Virus record (IMG/VR): IMGVR_UViG_3300044846_004348
Coordinates: 28,643 to 92,642 of that record
DNA length: 64,000 bases
Origin: a virus
Direction: 5' to 3' (one strand)
The notes beneath the pieces were generated by a model that made no database searches, was not told the origin of the DNA, and saw only the letters and a list, made by a program, of their open reading frames with translations. Each line of letters begins with the position of its first letter. The stretch's first letter is position 1. Made by a program: the position numbers and the translations under genes. Below are positions 63,894 to 64,000 of the stretch, piece by piece.

Positions 63894-63922
63894 TTGACAT
63901 AAATTTACTAACATGTTATCTT
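63894..63922 (+). promoter_or_regulatory. sigma-A/70-type promoter
   Basis: TTGACA-17-TATCTT upstream of GAGG SD and ATG 63943. Confidence 0.55.
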
Positions 63923-63942
63923 TGTTATAGAAAAGAGGAAAT

Positions 63943-64000
63943 ATGAGTTTTAAAGTACTTACAGAAACAGATGCAACAAACGGCACGTCAATGAAGGGTT
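63943..64000 (+). CDS. hypothetical protein, 3' truncated by window edge
   Basis: MSFKVLTETDATNGTSMKG... with SD and promoter. Confidence 0.5.
   Translation, partial: MSFKVLTETDATNGTSMKG

Overview
AT-rich, gene-dense 64 kb fragment of a large tailed dsDNA phage that very probably infects Actinobacteria; low GC suggests a freshwater acI-like host (inference). Host markers are two WhiB proteins, DUF3039, an Rv0500A-like HTH, an r1t-type holin and many leaderless TANNNT promoters. Layout: (i) 0-2 kb, plus-strand regulators; (ii) 2-31.5 kb, one minus-strand run of virion accessory genes (six Gly-Pro-Thr collagen-like proteins, 2863-aa and 826-aa multidomain proteins, a beta-propeller) ending in a flavin-dependent halogenase and a GT2-TPR glycosyltransferase; (iii) primase-polymerase/SF3 helicase, M23 endolysin and large terminase; (iv) a serine recombinase followed by small-gene blocks separated by five co-oriented copies of a 13-bp-core element; (v) two tRNAs, SpeD, a C5 DNA methyltransferase locus with an overprinted second gene and a duplicated C-terminal module, glycan enzymes and class II RNR; (vi) a divergent non-coding region with an inverted repeat, small genes, holin, a putative small terminase and a repeat-rich region containing a tRNA-CAT. 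No portal, major capsid, CRISPR array, reverse transcriptase or rRNA was recognised. All calls come from motif reading; no searches were run.
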